A DNA stretch of 42,848 nt from a virus (taxonomy: Duplodnaviria > Heunggongvirae > Uroviricota > Caudoviricetes). The DNA lies in IMG/VR virus record IMGVR_UViG_2563366985_000002, positions 1-42,848 of that record; one strand, written 5' to 3'. The position numbers and the translations under genes are program-made. The notes below the pieces were generated by a model that saw nothing but the letters and a program-made list of their open reading frames with translations, did not search any database and was not told the origin of the DNA. Positions 1-9,984 of this stretch are shown piece by piece. Position 1 is the stretch's first letter. The number at the start of each line of letters is the position of its first letter.

Positions 1-1236
1 CTACGATAACCGCGCATTCAACATGGCTATCTGTTCGTCGTTCATGTCATCAATCCACATACCGTAAATTTCATACACCATCTGCGCAGTTTCATGCCCC
101 ATTTGGCTGGCTATAAATGCCGGGTTCGCTCCTGCCGTCAACAGCCAGCAGGCAAAAGTATGCCGCGTATGGTACGGATTACGGCGGCGAATACCAGCAC
201 GTTTTACTGCTGCATTCCACCTTGCCCCCAAACTGCTTACCGAGTAATAAGGTTTTTGTTTTCCGTTACACACCCTGGGCATGAAAACAAAATGCAGTTT
301 TTGCTTTTCGGTTCTGCCGTACTCCCGATGATAAAAGGTGATTTCGCTTTTGCGATGATGCCCGGTCAGTTTGTATTGCTCCTTCAGTGCTTCAAGAGCA
401 GGCTGCAGTAGTGTTACTGTTCGGATCCCGGCATTTGTTTTTGGGGGACCGAACATATCAAGTATCGTCAGGTTTCTTCTGACATTCACTATTCCCTTTT
501 CGAGATCCACATCCTCCCACGCCAGAGCTGCCAGTTCCCCGTGACGAAGTCCTGAGTAAACGGCAAATTTCCACAAGTTCTGGCTCTGTCCTTTTTCACT
601 TTCCATTAATGCATTGAATTCTGTTTTAGATAACGGATCAGGCTTTATTCTGTTTCGCTGTAATTTTTTTACTCCTTCAAATGGTTTGGTTGATATAAAT
701 CCCGACTGATACGCAAAACGCAACAGCGAACAGAGCAGGGCGATATAGTTATCAACTGTGCGCACGGTTCTTCCTTTTTTGTTGGATCTTGGATTATCCA
801 GGTAAAGCGTTTCTCCATGCAGCAGTTCATTCCGGTAGTTTAAGATATCGCTATAACGAATATGTGATATCGGGGTACTTTCACAAATTATTATTCTGAG
901 TGTTTTTAATTGTGATTTCGTTTTCTTCATTGTGTTTGTTGTTAACTCTGTCTCTTTAATTTTTGTCCAGATATCACAAAGCTCTCCGAACGTTTTTATG
1001 ACTCTCGTTGTCACCATTTTTGCCCCAGTGCTGGACTGGGGAAAACGTCTTAAATACTCAAATTCACCGGAGTTTATTTCATGAACTATCAGCGATCTTA
1101 AATTTCCGGCCTTTTTAATATTACTGTTTGTAATCTCCCAGCCTTTTAATGTTTCCCGACATCGTTTTCCTCGAAACATGAACCAGATGCGAATGTATCT
1201 ACCTCTAATCTCGACACCTGTTGGTAATTTAGACAT
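1..1236 (-). CDS. intR: Phage integrase, tyrosine recombinase (Rac-type)
   Basis: 411-aa ORF; C-terminal tyrosine-recombinase motifs (R..HTRHT..Y region); translation recognised as Rac IntR; sits at prophage left end next to excisionase. Confidence 0.9.
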   Translation of the reverse strand: MSKLPTGVEIRGRYIRIWFMFRGKRCRETLKGWEITNSNIKKAGNLRSLIVHEINSGEFEYLRRFPQSSTGAKMVTTRVIKTFGELCDIWTKIKETELTTNTMKKTKSQLKTLRIIICESTPISHIRYSDILNYRNELLHGETLYLDNPRSNKKGRTVRTVDNYIALLCSLLRFAYQSGFISTKPFEGVKKLQRNRIKPDPLSKTEFNALMESEKGQSQNLWKFAVYSGLRHGELAALAWEDVDLEKGIVNVRRNLTILDMFGPPKTNAGIRTVTLLQPALEALKEQYKLTGHHRKSEITFYHREYGRTEKQKLHFVFMPRVCNGKQKPYYSVSSLGARWNAAVKRAGIRRRNPYHTRHTFACWLLTAGANPAFIASQMGHETAQMVYEIYGMWIDDMNDEQIAMLNARLS

Positions 1237-1237
1237 A

Positions 1238-1453
1238 TCATGAGTCTTTGATAAACTGATTTATCTTTGGATAGTTGTACCAGATAATCCCTCGTTTGCT
1301 GTCTGGCTTACCTAAAGGAGATACTCGTTTGAAGTGGAAGCCCTCCACCCAACAGTTCTGGCGGTATGCTTCAATTTGTCTGGCCCCCAGACCAGTGCGA
1401 AGCATCAGGCCGTATTCAACCATCCACTCTTCATTAAAGATTACTTGTGCCAT
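1238..1453 (-). CDS. Excisionase-like protein (Rac XisR/YdaQ-like)
   Basis: Small ORF immediately upstream of int with stop 1 nt from int start; start placed at the internal Met ([10 protein letters not shown]...) giving 71 aa; position typical of xis. Confidence 0.65.
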   Translation of the reverse strand: MAQVIFNEEWMVEYGLMLRTGLGARQIEAYRQNCWVEGFHFKRVSPLGKPDSKRGIIWYNYPKINQFIKDS

Positions 1454-1531
1454 CGCATCACCTCTGGCAGGCGCCAATGTTAGACTGAAATTGACGCCCG
1501 ATGTTGATTATTAATAATCAGCTATGAAGTT

Positions 1532-1741
1532 TTAATTTGAATACAATGCAATTCTCGAGGACTGAAGTTTCTCGCAATTAAAATTTATCAGTTTTACTTT
1601 CTGCTCTCTGGAAACGCCTGCTTCTTTTTTACCTGAGAGCATTTTTTCGCATTCTGATTTCGTTAGTTTAGATTTTGAATATCTTGTCCAGTTAGTAGGA
1701 GTGCCACCTTCCTTTTCAATAGTGGCGGTAATTTTATACAT
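1532..1741 (-). CDS. ydaC: Small prophage protein YdaC-like
   Basis: ORF with GAGGTG Shine-Dalgarno before the MYKITATIEKEGG start; 69 aa; sits between ralR and xis as in Rac. Confidence 0.5.
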   Translation of the reverse strand: MYKITATIEKEGGTPTNWTRYSKSKLTKSECEKMLSGKKEAGVSREQKVKLINFNCEKLQSSRIALYSN

Positions 1742-1928
1742 GAACACCTCCATTATTATTTCCAGTGGTTCGTTTATTCCATCTTTCGAGTGCTTCTTTT
1801 TCACTTCCACCATAACCGGTTCGGGATTCGCATCCGTTACACTTCGCTCGGTAATATCCTGAAATGGCTTTCACCGTTACTGATGGACAACCACAAAATG
1901 GACATGGTTTAACATTGTCATATCTCAT
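1734..1928 (-). CDS. ralR: Restriction-alleviation protein, Lar family (RalR)
   Basis: 64-aa product MRYDNVKPCPFCGCPSVTV...CNGCESRTGYGG with two Cys pairs (zinc-ribbon-like); recognised as Rac RalR/Lar. Confidence 0.8.
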   Translation of the reverse strand: MRYDNVKPCPFCGCPSVTVKAISGYYRAKCNGCESRTGYGGSEKEALERWNKRTTGNNNGGVHV

Positions 1929-1984
1929 AATTTTTCTCATAAAAAATATTTCAAGTTGGCGGTGCATTACACCGCCAGGCTGAA

Positions 1985-2794
1985 TTATTCCTCTGAATTA
2001 TCGATTACACTGTATTCCCCGGTTAATACAGAGGAATCTGCAGGATCGATTGTCAGTGGTTCCTTTTCATCCATTGATACTGCACGCTGGATCTCAATTG
2101 ATACGGGCAGATATTTGAACAGGCGACGAATAGCCGTTTTCTTTGCCATTTCTTCCCAGTGAGTTACCCACGGCCCGTTATTACCAGCTTTACTCAGGCT
2201 GCGCACCAGCTCAATCTGTTTGCGCGTCATAACTTCAAACTGAGTACCTCCGTCTTTCAGTCTTGCGACAGCATAGACGTGGGTAACCGGGGCATCTTCG
2301 TTTTCTCCCGGGCGGTGTATTAACTTTTCATCAAGGCCAAATTCGAAGCTAAACTCGTCACCTTCACGGACAACACGGGCTGACAGGCTGGCGATTTGAC
2401 CAGAACGGCGAGCCAGATCAATCATGCCGCGATAGCCAATGATTAGCTGAACGTTCTTTTTACCGCTCTTTTCGTTTTTATTACCAAAAGGCAGTAAATA
2501 TGCATGACCGAGGGCGCTACCTGGCTCAAGTCCGAGCTGTGAACACTGTACGATCGCACTGACAAAACTCATAGTGTCACAGTTTCCTAACGCCGGAACT
2601 TTACGAATTTCTGTGGTGGCGATACGGATCATACGTTCAGCCGTCATATGGCGTGGAAGAGCTGCTGCCAGTTGCTCTTTCATTGATGGCTGGTTAATAA
2701 AACTAATCACGTCGCTATTTTTAACTGCTGCTGGTGCACGGTTTCCCTGAGTTTTTTGCAGATCGGCTTTTGCGATTGGTGGTTGCTTAGTCAT
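1985..2794 (-). CDS. recT: RecT single-strand annealing recombinase
   Basis: Translation from [16 protein letters not shown]... recognised as RecT (269 aa); start trimmed from the longer six-frame ORF; overlaps recE stop as in the recET operon. Confidence 0.9.
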
Positions 2795-5387
2795 TTGCAT
2801 ATTCCTTAGCCCAGCGGGGCAGTGATAATGTCTTAATAGCTGGCCATTCATCGGTATTCAGGCAGTCAGACAGGGTTCGCAGATTGCGGTGATATTCCTG
2901 TTGACCTGCCAGTTTTGCTTCTTCGCCCATCATGAAAATTTCAACCGGATAACGTCCGCATTCAATAGTTGTGCTGGCAACCAGAAAAACGAAAGTTGGC
3001 TGCACTCCAAACTGTGCTTCATAACCGTCACTGTAGAATGCATCCTGAACGTGATAGCGGTAGTCGTAATAAGCGGTTTTGAATCGTTGAATATCCGCCG
3101 TAGTTTTCACGTCCATGATCCAGTGAAATTCAGGGATAATTTTGTCCGGACGGCACCGACACAAAATTCCTGTTTCAGGATCTTCCCAGTAAATTGATGA
3201 TTCAGCGTGTCCGGCGCTTTCAACAAGCCATTGCCCCAGCGGCAAAGCCATAACGCTTTGATACATGAGTTCAATTTTCCGGCCTTCTTCCGCAGTGATA
3301 ACCGTTTTTCCTGTGCTTGCGCATTCCATCAGAAACGCTTTCTCTTCTTCTTTTCCGGCGTTTGTACGGCGGTTAAATTCAGGTGCTACGATAAAGCGGT
3401 TACTGAATTCTTCCGGTTCAAGTACCCGGCAGTGGAAAGCAGTTCCTAAATCGAGCGTTTTTGTCTTTGTGGTGTCCACGGGGGCATTTTTACGCCACAA
3501 ATATAGTGCCGGAGTATCAGCAATGTCATCGAGCTGAGACTTACTGATACCGGGACCCGCGTGGTAATTCTCATTCGAAATTCCGTAATAAATACCTGGC
3601 TCTATGTCTTCTACGATTACGGGATCTGCGACTTCGCCAGTTTCATCACTGCAATCGCGATGCGGATCGCTGCCAGCATTCTCATTGTGCGGATGTTCAG
3701 CGCCTTCCATTTCCTCCGGATCATTTTCCTTAGCTTCAACCTGACTCTCTTCATCGAATGTTTCCTGGTATGTTGCGTCGCCCATCACCGCACCACAGTC
3801 AGGGCAGTTATCCCCGCCAGTCTGGCCGCAGGCATTGCAGGCTATTTCCGGTTCCTGTTGCACTACTGGCTCAGGTTGATTCATATCTGGGCTGGTTTTT
3901 TCCGTTTCTGGCTGGTTCTGGTACACACAATCGCGAGTCTGGATCCCCTTTACCCATTTCGGATCGTTCGGGTCGCTAATTCCGTCAACAAATTCACCAC
4001 GTGATGCAGCAAGCAATTTATCGTCATCGACAGGATTTTTTGATGGAATGTTTTTCCGGGCTTCATGGAGTTCTGCCCGCAGTTCCTGATATTTCGCATC
4101 AACAGAATTTACCTGTGACTGAGCATCCAGCGGCTGCGTGTCCTGATGATGTTCAGTTGCGTCCGGTTCCATTGTTTCAGCCTCTCCCTGTTCAACTGCC
4201 GTTGTTCCAGATGGTTGCGGTTTTTCTTCATCATCCTGTTTTCCTTCTTCTGTTACTCGCTGCGGCATCGGGGCAGAGGAGCGACCGCAGGCAATATCCA
4301 CGATTTCCGGATCAGGGTTGGCATGATCGGTTTCAGTCAGTACTTTGTTCAGATATTCAGTGACGTGCGCGGGGATGACCTCGATCCCAATTGGTGCTTC
4401 TTTTACGGACGCAACCACGATGGCGCGGGAATAATCCAGCCCGCCAGGCATGGTGATGAATTTGTCGCGGAAAACAGAAAAGGGCGGTTTATTTTCAGCG
4501 ATAATTTCCTCAATGCGTTTAGCGTGTGCCGGATGAAGGTTATAGATGTCCAGATCCATTGAACGGGCCAGTACGCCAGTGGCTACGTCGCGCGCCAGTG
4601 ACGTCAGATCGTGTACGAAACCTTCGCCGCGATCGGTGAGGTTTCCGCCGCCAGCATTAGCACCGGAAGCCGTGCGAGTGATGTGTGAAACACGATTACC
4701 CTTCATCCACTCTTTTGTCAGCAGTCCTCGATCGGTGTAGTCAGCGTTCAGGTATGCTTCGAAAAAAGCAGTTATCAGTCCCAGGTTTGAATTACCAGGA
4801 TTAGGGAAAACTTTGTCAGTGTCACGAACCAGTTTGTGGAGTTCGCGAATTTCCAGCGGGTCGAGCAGGCTGGTTTTGTGGGAAACAGCCAGGGCAGTAA
4901 CAGCCGGTAGTTCTTCAGCCCGAGCAATGTGTAATGCCTGGAGTCCGTCGCGTGAAACGTGCGTTACCGGTTTTTCGCTGCCGTGTTGAGCAAGCCAACG
5001 AATGGGCAGTTCCTGGCCAGAAATTGGGAGTAGCATATTCTCCTCAATCTCAGTCATGTCTTCGCCGTTGACGTTGGTATTGCCTTGATAGTGAGCGTTG
5101 TCTGGTGCTGCTCCCGGTTTTAGTTCCCATGTCATGGAGTCTTTGCTGAGTTGATAGCGTTCACTCCAGGTAAAATCGATCTCACCTTCAGCGGGCAGGT
5201 CATTAACGACAGGAAAATTCGTGGCAACAGCTTTAAAATAGCTGCTCAGTTTTTTACCTGACTTAACGATCAGGTAGTCCAGAGTGGCACAGGTCGATTC
5301 AAAATCGTTGCTTGCCCACAGGACGACGTCAGGTTCACCGGATGATTTTTTCGCTTTCCGTAACAGGAAGAGTGGTTTTGTGCTCAT
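2787..5387 (-). CDS. recE: Exodeoxyribonuclease VIII (RecE)
   Basis: 866-aa ORF recognised as RecE; directly upstream of and overlapping recT. Confidence 0.9.
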
Positions 5388-5495
5388 TGTTTTTTAACCT
5401 CAACTCAGATTAAAATTCGTTTTGTTCAGTGAATGATCTTGCCGGATACACACTGTTCATAGCCTGCGCCATACGCAGGCTATTTCTTTCAGATT

Positions 5496-5765
5496 TCACC
5501 TTTTAATTTCATTGCAATTAGAGTTGCCAGAAATTCGGCTTTTTTTTTCTGCGGGCAGATTCTTTCCGATATGCACCAGGCACATTTTTTTGACACCTTC
5601 ATCAAGTGTTTTTACGTTGCCTGATGGACCATCGATATCAACCACAGTGAATGGGGTTTCTTTATTTTCTGTTTTAATTACGTAGCCAATGCGCTTTCCT
5701 TCCAGATTCACCTCGTGAACAATGTCATCGGTAGTTACAACAGTGGCTTCATAATTGGTAATCAT
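5496..5765 (-). CDS. racC: RacC-like prophage protein
   Basis: Translation MITNYEATVVTTDDIVHEVNLEGKRIGYV... recognised as RacC N-terminus; C-terminal tail after a T9 run at about 5536-5544 looks different from what I recall, so a length variant or frameshift is possible. Confidence 0.6.
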   Translation of the reverse strand: MITNYEATVVTTDDIVHEVNLEGKRIGYVIKTENKETPFTVVDIDGPSGNVKTLDEGVKKMCLVHIGKNLPAEKKSRISGNSNCNEIKR

Positions 5766-5839
5766 GTTTTTCTCCTTAATTAAGGTTGAGCGAATACCTG
5801 CCATTTCTGGCATAAATTCAGTTTCGAATAGTCAATTAA

Positions 5840-6010
5840 TTAAAGTTCATGTGCCATCTGGTCTTTTTCGGCACAAGCTTCACTGCAATATTTTCTCGGT
5901 TCGTCTTTTGATAAAATCCCGTGCATGAAGTGAAGCATTCTTTCAATAGCTTTGCTTTCTTCAACGTCTTTTTTGCAAAGGTGGTAAGCACATTTTATTT
6001 TCTTAGTCAT
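5840..6010 (-). CDS. ydaE: Small zinc-ribbon-like protein YdaE
   Basis: Hand-translated 56-aa [59 protein letters not shown] (absent from the ORF track because under 60 aa); its ATG overlaps the kilR stop (ATGA). Confidence 0.6.
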   Translation of the reverse strand: MTKKIKCAYHLCKKDVEESKAIERMLHFMHGILSKDEPRKYCSEACAEKDQMAHEL

Positions 6011-6231
6011 CACCATGACTCCGCCTTTACAGGTAAACCATCACGACCGAGGAAGACTTTAATCATGCGGTCAGTAATGAATGTTTTTGTGGTCAGGTTA
6101 CGAATATATAGTTTTCGCTTTTTAATATTGTTTGCCGAGGCAATATATGTCCGGCCTTCATGAAGAACATAATCGCCAGGAGTCACACACTGACGTGGTA
6201 TTTCATCAGTTCCGAAGTGATGTGCAATCAT
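6010..6231 (-). CDS. kilR: KilR, FtsZ-targeting cell-division inhibitor
   Basis: 73-aa product [40 protein letters not shown]... recognised as Rac KilR; start trimmed from the 77-aa ORF. Confidence 0.75.
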
Positions 6232-6672
6232 AATTATCTCCATTTTTACAAATGAACTTTGTTGATGCGGTGTCTGGTGCCTCCAGGTGACTGCAACCAG
6301 TTAACAATTACAGTCGGCTTTCCCACCCAAACCAATAAGGACTAACATGACTTTTAACTGTGCCACGTGCGCTTAGCCGCATTCACCGCATCACAAAATT
6401 TACTTTAAAAAGGGCGGACATCAGCCGAACTTCAAGAAAAAAACTGATGCCGCCAGGACTACACACAGCAATGTCGTTATTTACAACCGGAGGCGCACTC
6501 CCACCATTTAAATTTAACAGACAAGACCGACTCTTTATGGATATCGGAAATGCGCCTTCGTGTTGTGCCCGGTTTTATTTCACCACCTCCGGGCTTCGGT
6601 GGTCTCGGCTATACCCCTACAGCGAGAGCTTGTGTTAACATTTCAATACCCTTACAGTTGAGAGTTATTGAT

Positions 6673-7161
6673 ATGTTGGATGTATTTACTCCATTGTTGA
6701 AACTTTTTGCTAACGAGCCACTCGAAAGACTTATGTATACGATTATCATTTTTGGTCTCACTCTCTGGCTGATACCGAAAGAGTTTACTGTCGCATTCAA
6801 TGCTTATACTGAAATACCTTGGCTCTTTCAGATTATCGTTTTTGCCTTTTCTTTCGTGGTCGCCATTTCCTTCTCAAGATTGCGAGCACATATTCAAAAG
6901 CATTATTCATTACTACCAGAGCAACGAGTATTGCTTCGTTTATCTGAGAAAGAAATCGCTGTATTTAAAGATTTCCTTAAAACAGGAAATCTTATTATCA
7001 CTTCTCCTTGCCGTAACCCGGTTATGAAAAAATTAGAACGGAAGGGCATCATTCAACATCAGAGTGATAGCGCAAACTGTTCTTATTATCTCGTCACCGA
7101 AAAATACTCCCATTTTATGAAGTTATTCTGGAACAGCAGGAGTAGACGTTTTAATCGTTAG
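6673..7161 (+). CDS. sieB: Superinfection exclusion protein SieB
   Basis: 162-aa product from MLDVFTPLLKLFANEPLERLMYTIIIFGLTLWLIPKEF... with hydrophobic membrane-spanning segments; recognised as Rac SieB; upstream part of the six-frame ORF is extension. Confidence 0.8.
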   Translation: MLDVFTPLLKLFANEPLERLMYTIIIFGLTLWLIPKEFTVAFNAYTEIPWLFQIIVFAFSFVVAISFSRLRAHIQKHYSLLPEQRVLLRLSEKEIAVFKDFLKTGNLIITSPCRNPVMKKLERKGIIQHQSDSANCSYYLVTEKYSHFMKLFWNSRSRRFNR

Positions 7162-7313
7162 CTTACTGTGTGCTTCTCCAACCATCGGCGCGCACCAGTT
7201 TCGGTTTTAAATGTTTTGCTTTTGGTATACGTCATGGCAGTGAACGTTCCATCCTGGTTGGGGAACACGCCGCACACCAGGGATTCGTTGTTGCCGAGGT
7301 CGATTTTTTGCAT
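7158..7313 (-). CDS. ydaF: Small prophage protein YdaF
   Basis: Hand-translated 51-aa ORF MQKIDLGNNESLVCGVFPNQDGTFTAMTYTKSKTFKTETGARRWLEKHTVS; convergent with sieB, 4-bp overlap. Confidence 0.5.
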   Translation of the reverse strand: MQKIDLGNNESLVCGVFPNQDGTFTAMTYTKSKTFKTETGARRWLEKHTVS

Positions 7314-7323
7314 TTTGCGAATC

Positions 7324-7458
7324 TCACATCTTGTTGCTACGTATAGCGACTTCTGCCTGCCAGAGATCCCAGTCGTTGCTGCGTAAAGCCTGCACAGCCT
7401 GGTTGTAAGTGATACCGCAACAATCCATCAAATACTGAACTACTTCGTAATGCACCAT
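7324..7458 (-). CDS. ydaG: Small prophage protein YdaG
   Basis: Hand-translated 44-aa ORF MVHYEVVQYLMDCCGITYNQAVQALRSNDWDLWQAEVAIRSNKM, first gene downstream of the leftward promoter. Confidence 0.5.
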   Translation of the reverse strand: MVHYEVVQYLMDCCGITYNQAVQALRSNDWDLWQAEVAIRSNKM

Positions 7459-7627
7459 CTTATCTCTCCCCTTAACGCCGGGTGGCGGAACTAACTGCTG
7501 CACTGCAAAATTTGAATCCCGCCGTCATGTTCATACGCCTCGGGCTGGCTACTTAACCCCTTACCACTGCCTGGTAACTCGAAGTATTGCCCGGCGTTCT
7601 GTGGGGCGGGGTGGGTGGTATGCTGGA

Positions 7628-7693
7628 ACTATAGGTAATGCCTAATTGATTGTCAATAGGCTATGCCTAATGTTTTGAGCGTAACCTAATAGG
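7628..7693 (-). promoter_or_regulatory. Leftward promoter/operator (PL/OL-like): TTGACA-17 bp-TATAGT on minus strand with (G/A)CCTAAT operator motifs
   Basis: Minus-strand reading gives TTGACA (plus 7651-7656) and TATAGT (plus 7628-7633) with a 17-nt spacer; three CCTAAT motifs at 7640-7646, 7665-7671, 7684-7690; inverted copy of the 8296-8340 region. Confidence 0.5.
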
Positions 7694-7766
7694 TGATGGC
7701 GACAGCAGAAAGTGATGGGGGGGTTAAATAACGGAATCCAGGAGTTTTCCGTCAGACCATATAAGT

Positions 7767-8243
7767 TTAAGTTCCAGTTTTTGTGATGTTCTGGCTTTTC
7801 CGTTCAGATTCAAGAGCTTTCAGATACTTACCCACTTTCATTTCCATCGCTGCTATGTAGGCGCGAACATCGTGGTCAACCCAATCTGGTTCTGTAGCAT
7901 TTCCAGATAACAGGAAAGCTACAATCGCTCTTATTTCATCAGAGGCTGCTTGATAAAGGTTGTTTATATCTAAAAGTTCACTTTTTGTATCTGAATTGGT
8001 GGGGGTTGGTATGGGGTATTCGTTAAGCCCCCAATGCTCTGGACCAACAACATCAGAAAAGAAACGCCATAATTCTGGAAGTTTATCTTTACTTATAGAG
8101 CCTTTCTTAATCCAGTCATAAATTGATGGTGGTTGGACTTTAAAGTGGCGTGCGACCTCCGCCTTTGATTTGACGGATCCCGATGCGATTTTTTTGTTAA
8201 TGGCCTGCTCTATCGCTCGGCCTAAGTCTTTACCACTAAGCAT
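7767..8243 (-). CDS. racR: Prophage repressor RacR
   Basis: 158-aa ORF recognised as RacR; divergent from ydaS; N-terminal HTH-like segment. Confidence 0.85.
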   Translation of the reverse strand: MLSGKDLGRAIEQAINKKIASGSVKSKAEVARHFKVQPPSIYDWIKKGSISKDKLPELWRFFSDVVGPEHWGLNEYPIPTPTNSDTKSELLDINNLYQAASDEIRAIVAFLLSGNATEPDWVDHDVRAYIAAMEMKVGKYLKALESERKSQNITKTGT

Positions 8244-8264
8244 TGCTTAATATTCTCCTATGCG

Positions 8265-8346
8265 CATTACATTAGGCAATCCCTACCCTTACTGCATTAG
8301 GCACAGCCTATTGACAATTGCGTTAGGCGTCGCCTAATATTTCTGT
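8265..8346 (+). promoter_or_regulatory. Rightward promoter/operator (PR/OR-like) for ydaS: TTGACA-TAATAT with ATTAGGC operator repeats
   Basis: TTGACA at 8311-8316, TAATAT at 8335-8340; ATTAGGC at 8271-8277 and 8296-8302, GTTAGGC at 8322-8328, inverted GCCTAAT at 8332-8338; lies between divergent racR and ydaS. Confidence 0.5.
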
Positions 8347-8366
8347 GTGTTTTTGGAGTTCATTCG

Positions 8367-8663
8367 ATGAAAAAAGAGAACTATTCATTCAAGCAAGCTT
8401 GTGCTGTTGTCGGTGGGCAATCAGCAATGGCTAGGCTTTTAGGTGTATCACCTCCAAGCGTAAATCAATGGATCAAAGGGGTACGTCAATTGCCTGCCGA
8501 GAGATGTCCAGCAATTGAACGTGCAACAAGAGGTGAGGTTCTGTGCGAAGAACTTCGTCCTGATATTGACTGGTCATATTTACGACGTTCGGCATGTTGT
8601 TCGCAGAATATGTCAGTGAAGCAACTAAATGACAGTAACAAATCCTCATTTGATCATACCTGA
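8367..8663 (+). CDS. ydaS: Cro-like HTH protein YdaS
   Basis: 98-aa ORF with HTH-like segment (QSAMARLLGVSPPSVNQWIKG); recognised as Rac YdaS; first gene rightward of racR. Confidence 0.8.
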   Translation: MKKENYSFKQACAVVGGQSAMARLLGVSPPSVNQWIKGVRQLPAERCPAIERATRGEVLCEELRPDIDWSYLRRSACCSQNMSVKQLNDSNKSSFDHT

Positions 8664-8685
8664 AACATCAAGAGGCAAATGATTC

Positions 8686-9108
8686 ATGAAAATCAAGCAT
8701 GAGCACATCGAATCAGTGTTGTTTGCCCTAGCAGCCGAAAAAGGGCAGGCATGGGTAGCCAATGCAATTACTGAAGAATATCTGCGCCAGGGGGGCGGCG
8801 AATTGCCCCTGGTTCCAGGCAAGGACTGGAACAATCAGCAGAATATCTATCACCGTTGGTTGAAAGGTGAAACGAAAACGCAAAGAGAAAAAATTCAGAA
8901 GCTGATCCCAGCAATTCTGGCAATCCTTCCGCGCGAGCTGCGTCACCGACTCTGCATCTTCGATACCCTGGAACGCCGTGCATTACTGGCGGCGCAGGAA
9001 GCGTTAAGTACGGCAATTGATGCGCATGATGATGCAGTCCAAGCCGTTTACCGGAAAGCGCATTTCAGCGGCGGCGGTTCTTCCGACGATTCTGTCATTG
9101 TTCATTAA
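8686..9108 (+). CDS. ydaT: YdaT protein (co-expressed with YdaS)
   Basis: 140-aa ORF with AGAGG Shine-Dalgarno, immediately after ydaS; recognised as Rac YdaT. Confidence 0.8.
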   Translation: MKIKHEHIESVLFALAAEKGQAWVANAITEEYLRQGGGELPLVPGKDWNNQQNIYHRWLKGETKTQREKIQKLIPAILAILPRELRHRLCIFDTLERRALLAAQEALSTAIDAHDDAVQAVYRKAHFSGGGSSDDSVIVH

Positions 9109-9120
9109 GCAAAAGTTTCC

Positions 9121-9978
9121 ATGCTGTTTGTGCTTATTCTAAGCCACCGGGCAGCATCATACGGGGCAATTATGGCCGCATTACCATACATGCAACTGTA
9201 CATAGCTGATTACCTGGCTGACACCATGCATTTGTCAGCAGAGGAGCATGGTGCGTATTTGTTGCTGATGTTCAATTACTGGCAAACAGGAAAGCCAATA
9301 CCTAAAAACAGGCTGGCAAAAATTGCCCGTCTGACTAACGAGCGATGGGCTGATGTTGAACCATCCTTGCAGGAGTTTTTTTGCGATAACGGCGAGGAAT
9401 GGGTGCATCTTCGGATTGAGGAAGATCTGGCATCAGTCAGGGAAAAATTAACCAAAAAATCAGCCGCAGGAAAAGCATCTGTTCAGGCCAGAAGAAGCAG
9501 AAAGGAAGCAGATGTTCAAACAAAACAAGAGAGAAATTTAACAGGTGTTCAAACAGATGTTGAAGTGGTGTTTGAACATGATGTCAACACAAAGGCAACT
9601 AATAAAGATACAGATAAAGATCTAAAAACAGATCCCCCCCTAAATCCCCCCCGGGGGAATCGAGGTGTCAAAAAGTTTGACCCTCTGGATATTACTTTGC
9701 CGAACTGGATTTCTGTCTCGCTTTGGCGTGAGTGGGTTGAATTTCGCCAGGCATTGCGAAAACCGATTCGAACGGAGCAGGGCGCTAACGGGGCGATACG
9801 GGAGCTGGAAAAATTCCGCCAGCAGGGTTTTTCACCTGAGCAGGTGATTCGACACAGCATCGCCAATGAATACCAGGGCTTGTTCGCGCCGAAAGGTGTT
9901 CGACCTGAGACGTTACTCCGACAGGTTAACACCGTCTCGTTACCGGATAGTGCGATCCCGCCAGGCTTCAGGGGGTAA
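9121..9978 (+). CDS. ydaU: Replication initiation-like protein YdaU
   Basis: 285-aa ORF placed where lambda O would be; recognised as Rac YdaU. Confidence 0.7.
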   Translation: MLFVLILSHRAASYGAIMAALPYMQLYIADYLADTMHLSAEEHGAYLLLMFNYWQTGKPIPKNRLAKIARLTNERWADVEPSLQEFFCDNGEEWVHLRIEEDLASVREKLTKKSAAGKASVQARRSRKEADVQTKQERNLTGVQTDVEVVFEHDVNTKATNKDTDKDLKTDPPLNPPRGNRGVKKFDPLDITLPNWISVSLWREWVEFRQALRKPIRTEQGANGAIRELEKFRQQGFSPEQVIRHSIANEYQGLFAPKGVRPETLLRQVNTVSLPDSAIPPGFRG

Positions 9979-9984
9979 CTGACC

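Noticed and set aside
94-411. 105-aa plus-strand ORF inside the integrase gene
   Set aside because: Entirely antisense to a confidently identified integrase; no Shine-Dalgarno; composition typical of a shadow ORF.
2889-4740. Series of plus-strand ORFs (102 to 147 aa) across the recE region
   Set aside because: All lie antisense within recE; low-complexity translations; shadow ORFs of a long gene.
5921-6163. 80-aa plus-strand ORF
   Set aside because: Antisense to the ydaE and kilR reading frames, which give recognisable products.
6360-6638. 92-aa plus-strand ORF in the kilR-sieB spacer, and the long N-terminal extension of the sieB ORF (6550-6672)
   Set aside because: No ribosome-binding site; the real sieB start is the internal Met at 6673; the region is more plausibly regulatory.
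7168-7386. 72-aa plus-strand ORF
   Set aside because: Antisense to the hand-verified ydaF and ydaG genes.
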